DNA of 64,000 bases from an uncultured Thermoleophilia bacterium (lineage in GTDB: Bacteria; Actinomycetota; Thermoleophilia; UBA2241), in contig CAVPCT010000004.1 of NCBI GenBank assembly GCA_963702475.1, positions 384,001-448,000 on the forward strand, given 5' to 3'. Made by a program: the position numbers and the translations under genes. This document shows, one piece after another, positions 21,440-30,726 of the stretch. Each line of letters begins with the position of its first letter. Positions within the stretch are counted from its first letter, which is position 1. A model generated the notes under the pieces. It worked only from the letters and a program-made list of their open reading frames with translations. It searched no databases and had not been told where the DNA came from.

Positions 21440-22666
21440 TCAGAGGTTCGCCGGCCGCGAGGTCAGCGTGGCCTGTACGTCGCTGGTCGAGTCGCCGCTG
21501 AGCACAGTGAGGGTGACGGTGTCGCCCGGCTTGTGCGCGTTGATGATGGCGATGAGGTCCTCCATGCCGGCGACCTGCTCGCCGTCGATGGCGGTGATGA
21601 TGTCGCCGCCGGCCGTGAGTGTCTGCCCCTGCAGCTGCGACTGCCGGGAGCCACCCTTGAGGCCGGCCTTCTCGGCCGGGCTGCCCTGCGTGACCGCGGC
21701 GACAAGCACACCGCTCTCGACCTTGAGGCCCAGTGCGCTGGCCACGTCGGCGGTGATGCTCTGGCCCTGGATGCCGAGCCACGCATAGGTCACCTTGCCG
21801 CTGCTCTTGAGCTGCTCGAGGACGCTCTTGGCGGTGTTGATCGGCACGGCGAAGCCGAGGCCCTCGTTGCCGCCGGACTTCGTGGCGATCTGCTCGTTGA
21901 TGCCGATGACCTCGCCGCGGGAGTTGAACAGCGGGCCGCCGGAGTTGCCGGAGTTGATGGCCGCGTCGGTCTGGATGCCGTCGGGGATGACGGAGCCGTT
22001 GGGCGACTCCAGGTTGCGGTTGACGGCGGAGACGATGCCGGACGTGACGGTGAAGTCGTAGCCCAGCGGGTTGCCGATGGCCACCACGGGCTCCCCGACC
22101 TGTACTGCGTCGGAGTCGCCGAGCGTCAGGGCGAGCAGCTGCGGCGCCTTGGCCGGGTCGATCTTCAGAAGCGCGACGTCGCTGGTCTCATCGACGCCGA
22201 CGATGGTGGCCGGGACCTTGGTGGAAGCGGAGCCCTCCACGTCCTTGAACATCACGGACACGGAGCTGGCGCGCGTGCCGTTGTCCTCCACCACGTGAGC
22301 GTTGGTGAGGATGTAACCGTCGGTGGATACGACGAAGCCCGAGCCGAGCGCCTGGGCGGAGCCCGAAGACGGCTGCTCGAAGGGTGACATCTGCTCGCTC
22401 TGGACGCCGGAGAACGTGGCGAAGACCTCCACCACCCCGGCCGAGTACTGCTGGTAGATCTGCGCGGGGGTGAGGCCCTCGCCGGTCACGGTGGCGGTGT
22501 TCAGCGCCACGGTGGACGTGGATGCGGCGGGAGTGGCGGTGCGTACGACGGTCTCCGTCGAAGCCGTCAGCGGTACGATGCCCGCGGCGACGAGGACGAC
22601 GAGGACGAGGGCGGTCACTGCTACGCCGGCCAGGAACATCCAGGCTGCGGAAGCTCTCTTGGTCAT
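21440..22666 (-). CDS. htrA: HtrA/DegP-family serine protease with PDZ domain
   Basis: N-terminal TM, GSGF, TNAHVV, DVALLK, QTDAAINSGNSGGPL, C-terminal PDZ; GAGGAGG RBS. Confidence 0.95.
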   Translation of the reverse strand: MTKRASAAWMFLAGVAVTALVLVVLVAAGIVPLTASTETVVRTATPAASTSTVALNTATVTGEGLTPAQIYQQYSAGVVEVFATFSGVQSEQMSPFEQPSSGSAQALGSGFVVSTDGYILTNAHVVEDNGTRASSVSVMFKDVEGSASTKVPATIVGVDETSDVALLKIDPAKAPQLLALTLGDSDAVQVGEPVVAIGNPLGYDFTVTSGIVSAVNRNLESPNGSVIPDGIQTDAAINSGNSGGPLFNSRGEVIGINEQIATKSGGNEGLGFAVPINTAKSVLEQLKSSGKVTYAWLGIQGQSITADVASALGLKVESGVLVAAVTQGSPAEKAGLKGGSRQSQLQGQTLTAGGDIITAIDGEQVAGMEDLIAIINAHKPGDTVTLTVLSGDSTSDVQATLTSRPANL

Positions 22667-22698
22667 GGTTCCTCCTCTGGGACAAGGTGCCTGCGAGG

Positions 22699-22753
22699 AG
22701 TCTGACCACGCAGTCTTGGGTGACGCTGTGGTGAACCTGAGAGGAGGCTGAGA
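22699..22753 (-). promoter_or_regulatory. OmpR-family (MprA-like) direct repeats and -10 upstream of htrA
   Basis: TCTCAG-N5-TCTCAG-N5-CCACAG-N5-CCCAAG at 11-nt period, then CAGACT 16 nt after the start of the last unit. Confidence 0.65.
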
Positions 22754-22812
22754 ATCCGGGTCCCGGCGTGCGGGCGTCGCGCACCTGTCGCCGCGACGGG
22801 AGGCCGCGCCTG

Positions 22813-24027
22813 TCAGGGCGCGCTGCCCTCTTGGTGATCGTCGGAGTCGGACCGGGATGCCGCCGATCCCCTGTGGTCGCCGTCCATCGTGCTGCCACCC
22901 ATGTCGTGCGAGTCCGCCTCGCCCGCCCGCGTAGCCCTCGTCGCAGCGCCGCCTCCGACGTGGGACGTCAGGGCGGCTCGATGCTCGGACGACGAGGGGT
23001 TCATTAGGACGCCGTCGGATGCGGCGTGGATCTCGCCCGCGCCGGAGTGCTTCTCGCTCGCCGAGTGCGTCGCCAGACGCCTGTCGTGTGCCGGCAGGTG
23101 ATGACCGGCGAGGCGGTGCCGGGCGTCCCACGCGTGGTGCCGCACCGAGAGGACGTGGTCCGCGTCCGCGCCGGCGTGTCTGGCGGCAGCGGCGTGCTGC
23201 GCCGGCGGCGCCGGCGGGCCGGTGCGACGTGCCTCCTGCACGGCGACACCGCCGCCGACCACGAGCGCGGCACCGGCGCCCGCCAGGGCCGCCTTCGCCG
23301 CCAGCGAGGCGCCGATCGTGGCGAGCACGCTCGTTCCGGCCGGCCCTGAGGCGGACAGCGCCGCCGGCACGAGCTCGGCGCCGGTCGGGGCCGGCACTGC
23401 CGTCATGGGCGGGAGCGCGGGCAGCGCCCCGAGGGATGCCGGCAGCTGGAGCGGGGCCAGCACCGCAGCAAGGTTCGCGGGCGCCGCGGTGTCGCCGGCA
23501 AGGGCTGCATACGCGCGACGGAAGGCGGCCCGCGACCGGTGCACGAGCACGTCGGCCGCGGGCCGCGACACGTTCATCGCTTCGGCCAGCTCGACCGTGT
23601 CCAGTCCTTGGAGGTCCTTGAGCACCAGGGCCGTCCGGTAGCAGGCATTGAGCGCGCCCAGCGAGCGCTCGATGAGGGCAACGTCCTGCGCCTGCGCAAA
23701 GGCGTCGGTGCGACTGGGCAGGGCATCCGCATCGGCGAGGTCGTGCCGCGACCGGCGCGCACGCAACCGGTTGAGGCACCCGTTGGTGGCGACGCGGAGA
23801 AGCCATGCCCTCAGATGCACGTCGCGGGCCGCCGGAGGACGGGAATACGCGGTGAGGAAGACGTCCTGCGTCACGTCCCTTGCTTCGTCGCGGTCGAGAA
23901 GCAGCCGGGCGCAGAGGTTGTAGACGGCCGTGGCGTGGAGCTCGTAGACGCGCGCGAAGGCGGCGTGCTCGTGAGCACGCAGGCCGCGCGCGAGGTCATC
24001 GTCGCTGTCGTACCGGGGGGTGATCAC
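22813..24027 (-). CDS. ECF sigma-70 factor with C-terminal TM and His-rich extension
   Basis: Region 2 (DVTQDVF, WLLRVATN.CLNRLR) and region 4 (LVLKDLQGL..ELAEAM...VHRSR), then hydrophobic LAGAGAALVVGGGVAV and a tail with about 17 His. Confidence 0.87.
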   Translation of the reverse strand: MITPRYDSDDDLARGLRAHEHAAFARVYELHATAVYNLCARLLLDRDEARDVTQDVFLTAYSRPPAARDVHLRAWLLRVATNGCLNRLRARRSRHDLADADALPSRTDAFAQAQDVALIERSLGALNACYRTALVLKDLQGLDTVELAEAMNVSRPAADVLVHRSRAAFRRAYAALAGDTAAPANLAAVLAPLQLPASLGALPALPPMTAVPAPTGAELVPAALSASGPAGTSVLATIGASLAAKAALAGAGAALVVGGGVAVQEARRTGPPAPPAQHAAAARHAGADADHVLSVRHHAWDARHRLAGHHLPAHDRRLATHSASEKHSGAGEIHAASDGVLMNPSSSEHRAALTSHVGGGAATRATRAGEADSHDMGGSTMDGDHRGSAASRSDSDDHQEGSAP

Positions 24028-24076
24028 CGCGCGTATCGGGTGCCTGCGCTGCTCTCTCTGCCGGCCGGAGTCGGCC

Positions 24077-24307
24077 TCAATCGTGGGTCTGGTGATAGTG
24101 ACTGCCGTGGTGATGATAGCCGCTCCGGTGATGAGAGCCGCCCTTGTGGTGCGCCTTGCGGTCGTGGTGGGAGCCGTGGTGTGAAGCCGTCGCCGCGTGG
24201 GTGGCCGGCGAGTGACCGCCCTGGTGGTGGCGCGGCCCGGCGGCAGCGCCGGCCGCGATCCCGAGCGCGAGGACGGCTGTCAGCAGGATGGTGAGCAGGA
24301 TCTTCAT
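24077..24307 (-). CDS. Small secreted His-rich protein (76 aa)
   Basis: AAGAGG RBS, signal peptide MKILLTILLTAVLALGIAAGAAA, mature 53 aa with 18 His. Confidence 0.8.
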   Translation of the reverse strand: MKILLTILLTAVLALGIAAGAAAGPRHHQGGHSPATHAATASHHGSHHDRKAHHKGGSHHRSGYHHHGSHYHQTHD

Positions 24308-24459
24308 CTGACCTCTTTCGTCGTGGTGAGACGGTCCGTACAGCCGTTCAACACACGAGGAGGTCGGTTCTAACACCCGCCGGCCGGCGGGCGGACGCGA
24401 AGAAGTGCTCGCGCCGGGCAGGAGCCGGCTCGGCTCAGGCTCGGCGCGGGCTCACGCGC

Positions 24460-24780
24460 TCAGAGGTCGGCCAGCTTCTGCAGATACTCGTCGCGGTCGA
24501 TCTCGCCGCTCGCGTAGCGACGCTGCACGATTTCACGCGGGGTCTCCTGTGGCGCGGAGCTTGCCGCGAGCTGCCGCCCGTCGCCGGCTGCCGCGCTTGC
24601 AGTCGCTGCACCCGCGGTTGCGGTGCCGGCCTGACCCGGCGCCGCCGTCGCCGCGAGGCGCACCAGATACACGATCAGTACGATCGAGATCGCGATCACG
24701 GCGATCATCCCGATGCCCATCGCCCAGCCTCCTCCGAAGAACCACCCGTGGTGCTGCCACGGTCCGTCAGACCACATCAT
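24460..24780 (-). CDS. SHOCT-domain membrane protein
   Basis: MMW..GW..GGGWAMGIGM N-terminus, TM helix, C-terminal EIVQRRYASGEIDRDEY. Confidence 0.87.
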   Translation of the reverse strand: MMWSDGPWQHHGWFFGGGWAMGIGMIAVIAISIVLIVYLVRLAATAAPGQAGTATAGAATASAAAGDGRQLAASSAPQETPREIVQRRYASGEIDRDEYLQKLADL

Positions 24781-24834
24781 CGCCCGCTCCCGTCCATCTC
24801 GAGCCCGGATACGCTCTCCCGGGGTCCTACGGTC

Positions 24835-24867
24835 AGTGTCGCGCAGGCGGATGAAGGACGGGTGAAG
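24835..24867 (-). promoter_or_regulatory. OmpR-family direct repeat and -10 upstream of SHOCT gene
   Basis: CTTCAC-N5-CTTCAT (TGAAG-N6-TGAAG on plus), then GACACT 16 nt after the start of the last unit. Confidence 0.5.
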
Positions 24868-24877
24868 GCCCTGTATG

Positions 24878-25306
24878 TCAGCCGGTCGGCTCCAGGACCA
24901 TCAGTCCCTCCGCCACGGCGGCGCGGTTGAGCGCCGCGTCGAACGACACGAAGGCGAGCTGGTCCTCGCCGGCTGCAGCGCGCGCCGTGAGCGCCCCGGC
25001 CAGCTGGACCGCGTCGAAGCCGCTGAGCCCGTGCCGAAAGGCGAGGGCGGCGGCGTGCTCCTCGTCGAGGTCGACGACCGCGGAGGCTCGCCAGTACGTT
25101 GTGATGTCGTCGGCGAGGAGTCGCGCCTCGGCTTGGGACAACTCCCCATGCCGCTGGCGGCGCGCCAAGGCCGCCACGGCCTCGGGCAGCGTCACACGCG
25201 AGAGCGCGATGGCGTCGGCGGCTCGCGCCCAGCGGCGGGTCTCCTCGGTGTGCGCCTCGTCGAGGAACAGCTTGACGACGCCGCTGGTGTCGAAGTAGGC
25301 GATCAC
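24878..25306 (-). CDS. vapC: VapC-family PIN toxin
   Basis: YFDTSGVVKL, E, DAVQLA, FVSFDAAL..AA..EGL acidic PIN residues. Confidence 0.92.
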   Translation of the reverse strand: MIAYFDTSGVVKLFLDEAHTEETRRWARAADAIALSRVTLPEAVAALARRQRHGELSQAEARLLADDITTYWRASAVVDLDEEHAAALAFRHGLSGFDAVQLAGALTARAAAGEDQLAFVSFDAALNRAAVAEGLMVLEPTG

Positions 25307-25596
25307 TCGCCGTGGCGCATGTCGAGCACGGTCTTGGAGAGGGGCTCACCCGGGATCTTGACGGGCGGGCCATCGGGCACGGGCGGCTTGCTCCCGGACC
25401 ACCTGACCATGCCGCTCGCCATCAGTCGCCGGAGGGCCTCGTGCTCATCCCCCGGTTGGCTGATGACGGCGATCTCACGCCCCCGGTCGGTGACGTGCAC
25501 CGTCTCGCCGGCCTCGACCAGACGCAGGTAGTAGCTCAGCCGGGCCTTCAGCTCTCTGATGCCGACCGTGGTGATTGTAACCTCATTCTCGGTCAA
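25303..25596 (-). CDS. Phd/YefM-family antitoxin
   Basis: VGIRELKARLSYYLRLVEAGETVHVTDRGREIA; coupled to vapC by GTGA overlap. Confidence 0.92.
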   Translation of the reverse strand: MTENEVTITTVGIRELKARLSYYLRLVEAGETVHVTDRGREIAVISQPGDEHEALRRLMASGMVRWSGSKPPVPDGPPVKIPGEPLSKTVLDMRHGE

Positions 25597-25721
25597 TACG
25601 TGGCTACATCAGACTACGCTCGGGATTGGGTGGAGGCAAGGGTGACATTGCCGGCGCGACGGACATGAGATGTGCCGAAGGCCGCAAGGGCGTCGGGTCC
25701 GCAGACTGGAATGGTGCGACC

Positions 25722-26698
25722 ATGGACCCCGTCGAGGCTAACCTCGCTGAGTTGCGTGACATCCGGGCCTCCGGGGCCGCTGTTCCGGAGACCTCAGGGT
25801 ACGGCGCGCTGGCAACGCTGCTGACCGAGGTGGGCGGCAAGCTCAAGCCCAAGGTCCGCTGCCTCATCAACCTGCAGAACGCGGCCGCCGGCATCCCGGA
25901 CGGTGGCCTGTTCACGGCGAACCAGTTCCCGAAGGGCTCGCGCGCGACGGAACCGCTGGGCGCCCAGCTTCCCGCGCGCGGCGCCATCGAAGTCAAGCCG
26001 GTCGGCGGCGACGCACACGCCGTGGCTGAGAGCGAGCAGGTGCGCCGCTATCTTGAGAAGTACCGCCAGGTGCTCGCTACCACGTACCGCGAGTTCGTGC
26101 TGGTGGGCTTCGATGCGGACGGGGAAGCGGCGAGCCTCGAGAGCTTCAGCCTCGCCGCCTCGGAGCAGGAGTTCTGGGCGCTCGCCGCGCATCCGGGCAG
26201 CGACGCTGCCCGGCTGGCCGGCGGGCGCCTCACCGACTTCCTCAAGCGCGTGCTGCTGCGCCCCGCGCAGATCGCCGCGCCCAAGGACCTCGCCTGGTTC
26301 CTCGCCAGCTACGCTCGCGAGGCCCGCGCCCGCGCCGAGGTGCGCGACCTGCCCAACTGGGTGAGCACGCGCAGGGCGCTCGAAGAGGCGATCGGCATGA
26401 GCTTCTCGGGCGAGAAGGGCGAGCACTTCTTCCGCTCCACGCTCGTGCAGACGCTCCTCTACGGCCTCTTCGCCGCGTGGGTCTTCTGGGCCGAGCACCA
26501 TCGGCCCCCGACGTGCAGGCGCGCTTCCGCTGGCGTGAGACGGCCGGCTACCTGCACATCTCCATCCTGCAGAGGCTGTTCTACGACTTCAGCAACCCGG
26601 GCGCCCTCGGGGTGCTGCACATCGATGAGGGTGGCGAGACGGAGGCCGGGCTGACCCGTTTGGAGGATCGGGTCCGGCAGGGCAGCGCTCCCGTCTGA
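25722..26698 (+). pseudogene. Truncated N-terminus of a type IIG/ISP-like restriction-modification (N-6 methylase fusion) enzyme
   Basis: PETS.Y..L..LL, GIPDGGL, GAIEVKP, YREF, FFRSTLVQTL.YG.F..W. Frameshift at C5 run 26505-26509; ends before any methylase motif. Confidence 0.65.
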
Positions 26699-26702
26699 CG
26701 GC

Positions 26703-27242
26703 TCATACGCGGCCGAATTGACGCAAGGACCCTGCCGCCCAGGGGCGCGGACGCCGGAGGTCGGGGGCCAGCTCGCACAGGAACACCACTCTGTGGCCGC
26801 CGGCGCCGGCGTAGTCCACGTTCACGGGGACCCCGTCGTCCACCACATCGCCGTGCTGCAGCCGGAAGCCCATCGCTTTGTGGAAGGCGATCGAGTCATG
26901 GTTCGCGGGCGAGGTGACGCTTCTCGCCCACCCGCAGCCGCTCATCGACGCGGCGGCGAAGAACGCCTCGTACAGGCGCCGGCCGAGGCCCAGCCGCCTG
27001 TACGCGGGGTGTACGCCGACGAAGTGGATGTACGCCTCTTCAGGGTACGTCTGCGAGACGAACCCGAGCAGGAACGCGAGCAGCAGACCATCGTTCTCGA
27101 GCACAAAGCTCGTGGGCCGGAAGTGCGAGAAGAACACGTGAGAGAGGCGGGCGGCCATGGGCCGCCCGCCCCACCACTCGTCGACCACCGCCAGCACCCG
27201 GTCGTAGTCGGCTGGGTGCACGTGACGCAAGGGGCTGCTCAC
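26703..27242 (-). CDS. GNAT acetyltransferase
   Basis: VVDEWWGGR, AYIHFVGVHPAYRRLGLGRRLY, TSPAN..SIAFH..MGF. Confidence 0.9.
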   Translation of the reverse strand: MSSPLRHVHPADYDRVLAVVDEWWGGRPMAARLSHVFFSHFRPTSFVLENDGLLLAFLLGFVSQTYPEEAYIHFVGVHPAYRRLGLGRRLYEAFFAAASMSGCGWARSVTSPANHDSIAFHKAMGFRLQHGDVVDDGVPVNVDYAGAGGHRVVFLCELAPDLRRPRPWAAGSLRQFGRV

Positions 27243-27430
27243 GTCGGTGCGCCGGACATGATCTCGTCTCCCTCCACGAACCACGCAGGACGGATCGAGA
27301 ACAGCATCCGGCAGCTCTCCGAACAGAACAGGTACGTCTTGCCTTCGAACTCGGTGCGTAGCAGGGCGCGGTCCTCGGTCACGTGGCGCCCGCACACCGG
27401 GTCGCGCTCCTTCCAGACGTTCTCGCTCAT
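27239..27430 (-). CDS. YHS-domain small protein
   Basis: DPVCG....EFEGKTYLFCSESC...F...P..F. Confidence 0.85.
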   Translation of the reverse strand: MSENVWKERDPVCGRHVTEDRALLRTEFEGKTYLFCSESCRMLFSIRPAWFVEGDEIMSGAPT

Positions 27431-27522
27431 CGCAGCACCTCGGTGTCGGTCTGACGGACAGCTGCCGCAAGCGGGCCACCCACACGTTGACGCGCGTGTG
27501 TTCGACTCGTGTGTGCGTCGCG

Positions 27523-27990
27523 TCAGCAGTAGCCGCTCTCCAGACGCCAGCGAAAGCACGCGGCGATGTCGGCTCCGGTCCTCGCTGCGGCGTACCAGAA
27601 GGACGTGTCCGCACGCAGGGCGCCCGCGCCGCCGTCGTCCTCGAACAGCCCCGGGAGAGTGCGGCGAAGCGCCTCACGCCACGTCCATCCCTCGGCCGTG
27701 GCCCGGAGCCGGAAGAGTTCCCAACTCGTCCGCAGGCCGTGCACGGCGCGCAGGAGCTCGTCGAACGCCAGCGCCGCCTCTCGCTGCCGTACGAGCGACG
27801 TGAGAACGCGCCGCACCGAGGCGCCGTCGCGGCTCATGTCGATGTGGTACCGAGCGTAGACCGCCTCCGTCTGCCGGACCCGGTCGATCCATCGGGTGAG
27901 GTCCCGGGCGCGGTGCCGGAGCGCCGAAAGCGCCGCCCCGGAGTCACCGACCCGTCCGGCTGGACATGCCGCGGTGGCTCCCGTGCTCAT
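27523..27990 (-). CDS. Hypothetical protein
   Basis: GGAGGGAG RBS + ATG; 155 aa, no recognised motif. Confidence 0.55.
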   Translation of the reverse strand: MSTGATAACPAGRVGDSGAALSALRHRARDLTRWIDRVRQTEAVYARYHIDMSRDGASVRRVLTSLVRQREAALAFDELLRAVHGLRTSWELFRLRATAEGWTWREALRRTLPGLFEDDGGAGALRADTSFWYAAARTGADIAACFRWRLESGYC

Positions 27991-28112
27991 GTCGCTCCCT
28001 CCGTTCGACTGACGGCATGATGCGCGACTGTCGTGAGCTTCACGTGAGGAGCGCATGTGCGCCGGCCCGCCCGTGCGGGGCAGGGCGGCCCGGCGCCGGC
28101 GTCTGGGGAGCC

Positions 28113-28454
28113 CTACCTCTTCGGCTTCTTCAGGGGCAGCGCGGCGACATAGGCGAGCGAGGAGGCCGCGACCTCGGCGCTCTCGGACTCACCGAGCCCC
28201 GGCGGCAGGGTCACGTAGCCCCCCATCGGCCGCTCCGCAGGACCGAACGGGCCGCCGCCGGCCGCCCGAAGGGCGGCGGCCTCCTCGTCCGCCAGCTTCA
28301 CGCCGACGTCGCTCCCGAACAGGCCCATGAACATGTTGCCGTTCACGAAAGCCCCCAGGTTGCCGAACATCGGCTTGACCGTGACGCGTGGGTCGTCGGG
28401 GACAAGTGCCGCGAAACGTGCGCGGTCCTCGTCCGTGGGTCTCGGCATCTTCAT
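28113..28454 (-). CDS. TfoX/Sxy N-terminal-like protein
   Basis: KPMFG....FVNGNMFMGLFG, RPMGGYVTLP, YVAALPLK. Confidence 0.85.
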   Translation of the reverse strand: MKMPRPTDEDRARFAALVPDDPRVTVKPMFGNLGAFVNGNMFMGLFGSDVGVKLADEEAAALRAAGGGPFGPAERPMGGYVTLPPGLGESESAEVAASSLAYVAALPLKKPKR

Positions 28455-28594
28455 GGTCGCCGCCCTTTCGTCGCCGTGGCTTTGACGTCGTGCCTGCCCC
28501 GGTCCCTCTGGGGTATCAAGGCTTGTGCCCGCAGCGAAGGCGTCCTACGCGACCGCCGCCGCCGACGCAAGACGGCCCGTCCGGCGGCTGCCGG

Positions 28595-29104
28595 TCAGGG
28601 GTGGTCGTCGCCTGCTGCCGGGGGGCGGCCGCCGAGCCTTGCGAGGCGCAGGTCCGAGAGCTGCACGGCGACACTCTCGGCCTCGGCGACGATCGCCGCC
28701 GGGTCGGCTCCGGTCTTCTCCGCCCCAGCAAGCACGTGCGCCACGGCCTCGTCGTACCTGCGCTTGAAGCGCTCGTTGAGCGCGTGCCAGTCGACACCGG
28801 CCAGCGGTGCGATCAGTGTGAGGTCGGCGCGCAGGCGCCCCAGCACGAGAAGCACGGCGACGATGGGGTACCCGGCGTAGCCCTGCCACCGCGAGCCGTT
28901 GTCGTCGGCGACGAACGCCGATCCGTCGGGGCTCCAGCGGACATGGTAGATCCTCGCGCCGTCGGACGAGGTCACGTGCGCTCTGCCGGGCTCGGACATC
29001 TCGACCCGGCCCGCCGCGACGGCGCTGAACGCCTCGTAGACCTTGACGAGCGGCGGTTGCTTCCAGGGCCTGGGCTGGTTCGGTCGGTGCCCTGCTGTGG
29101 CCAT
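28595..29104 (-). CDS. Conserved hypothetical protein
   Basis: PP..KVYEA.SAVA.GRV, SSDG..Y.V, DNGS.WQGY.GYP; GC3 bias. Confidence 0.72.
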   Translation of the reverse strand: MATAGHRPNQPRPWKQPPLVKVYEAFSAVAAGRVEMSEPGRAHVTSSDGARIYHVRWSPDGSAFVADDNGSRWQGYAGYPIVAVLLVLGRLRADLTLIAPLAGVDWHALNERFKRRYDEAVAHVLAGAEKTGADPAAIVAEAESVAVQLSDLRLARLGGRPPAAGDDHP

Positions 29105-29158
29105 GAGTCGAGTGTTCCCGTCCTGTCCCCGCCGCAGGCCCGCGAGGCCGCCGGTCGC

Positions 29159-30681
29159 TCAGGGTCCGTCTGGGCCGATCTGCACCGGTGTGTCTCTGGA
29201 CTCGGTGTCGCCGAGGCCGAGTTGCCCCAGGGCGTTGTCGCCCCAGGTCAGCAGGGTCCCGTCCTGCGTCAAGCCGAGCGAGAAGTCGGCGCCGGCCGAG
29301 GCGGCCGTCCAGCCGGCGTCGTCGCCCACCCGGGTCGGGGACGTCCTATCGTCCGTATCGCCGAGCCCCAGCTGGCCGCGGCCGTTCCAGCCGAAGGCCC
29401 ACAACGTGCCGTCGCTCTTGAGGGCGAGGCCGTGGTACCAGCCGCCGGCGACGGCCGACCAGCCGGTGCGCGTGCCGGCCCGAGCGGGGACGAGGCGTTG
29501 CGCCGTATCGCCGAGCCCGAGCTGGCCGTTTCCGTTGTAACCCCAGCTGAGGAGCTCGCCGCCGACCGAGACGGCAAGCGTGAACGCCATGCCACAGCTC
29601 ACTGTCCGCCAGGCCGTCGTGTCACCGATCACCCGCGTCGGAACCAGCCTTGACCTGGTGTCGCCCACGCCCAGCTGGCCGTTGCCGTTGAAGCCCCAAG
29701 TCCAGAGGCCGCCGCCGTCCTTCAGCCCTGCGGCATGGTTCCATCCGGCCGCGACCGCCGCCCAGTCCGCGTCGCGGCCGACCCGTGTCGGTGAGGTCCG
29801 TTGCGCGCCGTCCCCCACGCCCAGCTGGCCGTTGCCGTTGGCGCCCCAGGCCCACAGGGTGCCGTCGCTCTTGAGGGCGAGGCTGAAGCGCCGGCCGGCC
29901 GCGACCGCCTCCCAGTCACGGCCGTCGCCGATCTGGGCCGGTGAACTCACGGTCGTCGTGGTCTCGCCGATCCCCAGCTGCCCCTCTGCGTCGCCGCCCC
30001 AGGCCCACAGGGTGCCGTCGCTCCTAAGGGCGAGGGTGTGGTCCTCGCCCGCGGACACGGCCGCCCACGCGGTGTCCGTGGTGACCTGCGAGGGCATCGG
30101 GTGCGGGTCTTCGTCGAGGGAGCCGAGGCCGAGCTGGCCTCGCGCGTCACCGCCCCAGGCCCACAGGGTGCCGTCACCGGCCACGGCGGCCGTGCCGGCT
30201 CCGCCGGCGGACGCGACGGTCCAGATGGAGGGCAGCTCGATCACGTCGAGGTGGAGCACGGCGCTCCGGACCTTGAGCTTGCCGGCCCTGTACTGGGCGA
30301 GGAGCTGCCAGGCGCCGGCGCTTCGGGCCGTCACATCCGCGCTGAACGTACCGTCCTCGGCGACGTCGGTCGTCGCCACGTTCTTCCAGCGTGCGCCGGC
30401 GCGCTGCAGGATGGAAACGGTGGTCGCGCCCTCCCGTGGGTCGGTCACGATGCCGGCCACCGTCGCCGGGGTCCCCACGGTGACGGTGGTGGACGAGGAC
30501 CGGAGGCTCACGGTGGGCTTGGGGGCTGCGGCGTCGGCGCAGGGGGGAGCAGCAGGACCGCCGCTGTGAGGGCGAAGAGGCCCGCCGAGAACCAGGGACG
30601 GAGCTGGCCGGCGCATCTGCTGCGAAGGCGGCGGGCGATGGCGAAGTCGCGGGCGTCGTGCACTGGGTCTCCTGAGCGCAT
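29159..30681 (-). CDS. Secreted RCC1-repeat (beta-propeller) protein; signal peptide out of frame at a G6 run
   Basis: About 7 repeats of AAG..H(T/S)[18 protein letters not shown]. The hydrophobic leader (ORF 30508-30708) joins the body frame at 30542-30547. Confidence 0.85.
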
Positions 30682-30726
30682 GTGACCGGGGCGCGAGCAC
30701 GGTAGCAACGCCGTGTGAGCAGCCGA

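Noticed and set aside
29200-30190. Recurrent near-identical DNA segments (cccaggcccacagggtgccgtc, cccagctggccgttgccgttg) suggesting CRISPR or DGR repeats
   Set aside because: They are in-frame RCC1 protein repeats; no cas or reverse transcriptase gene is nearby.
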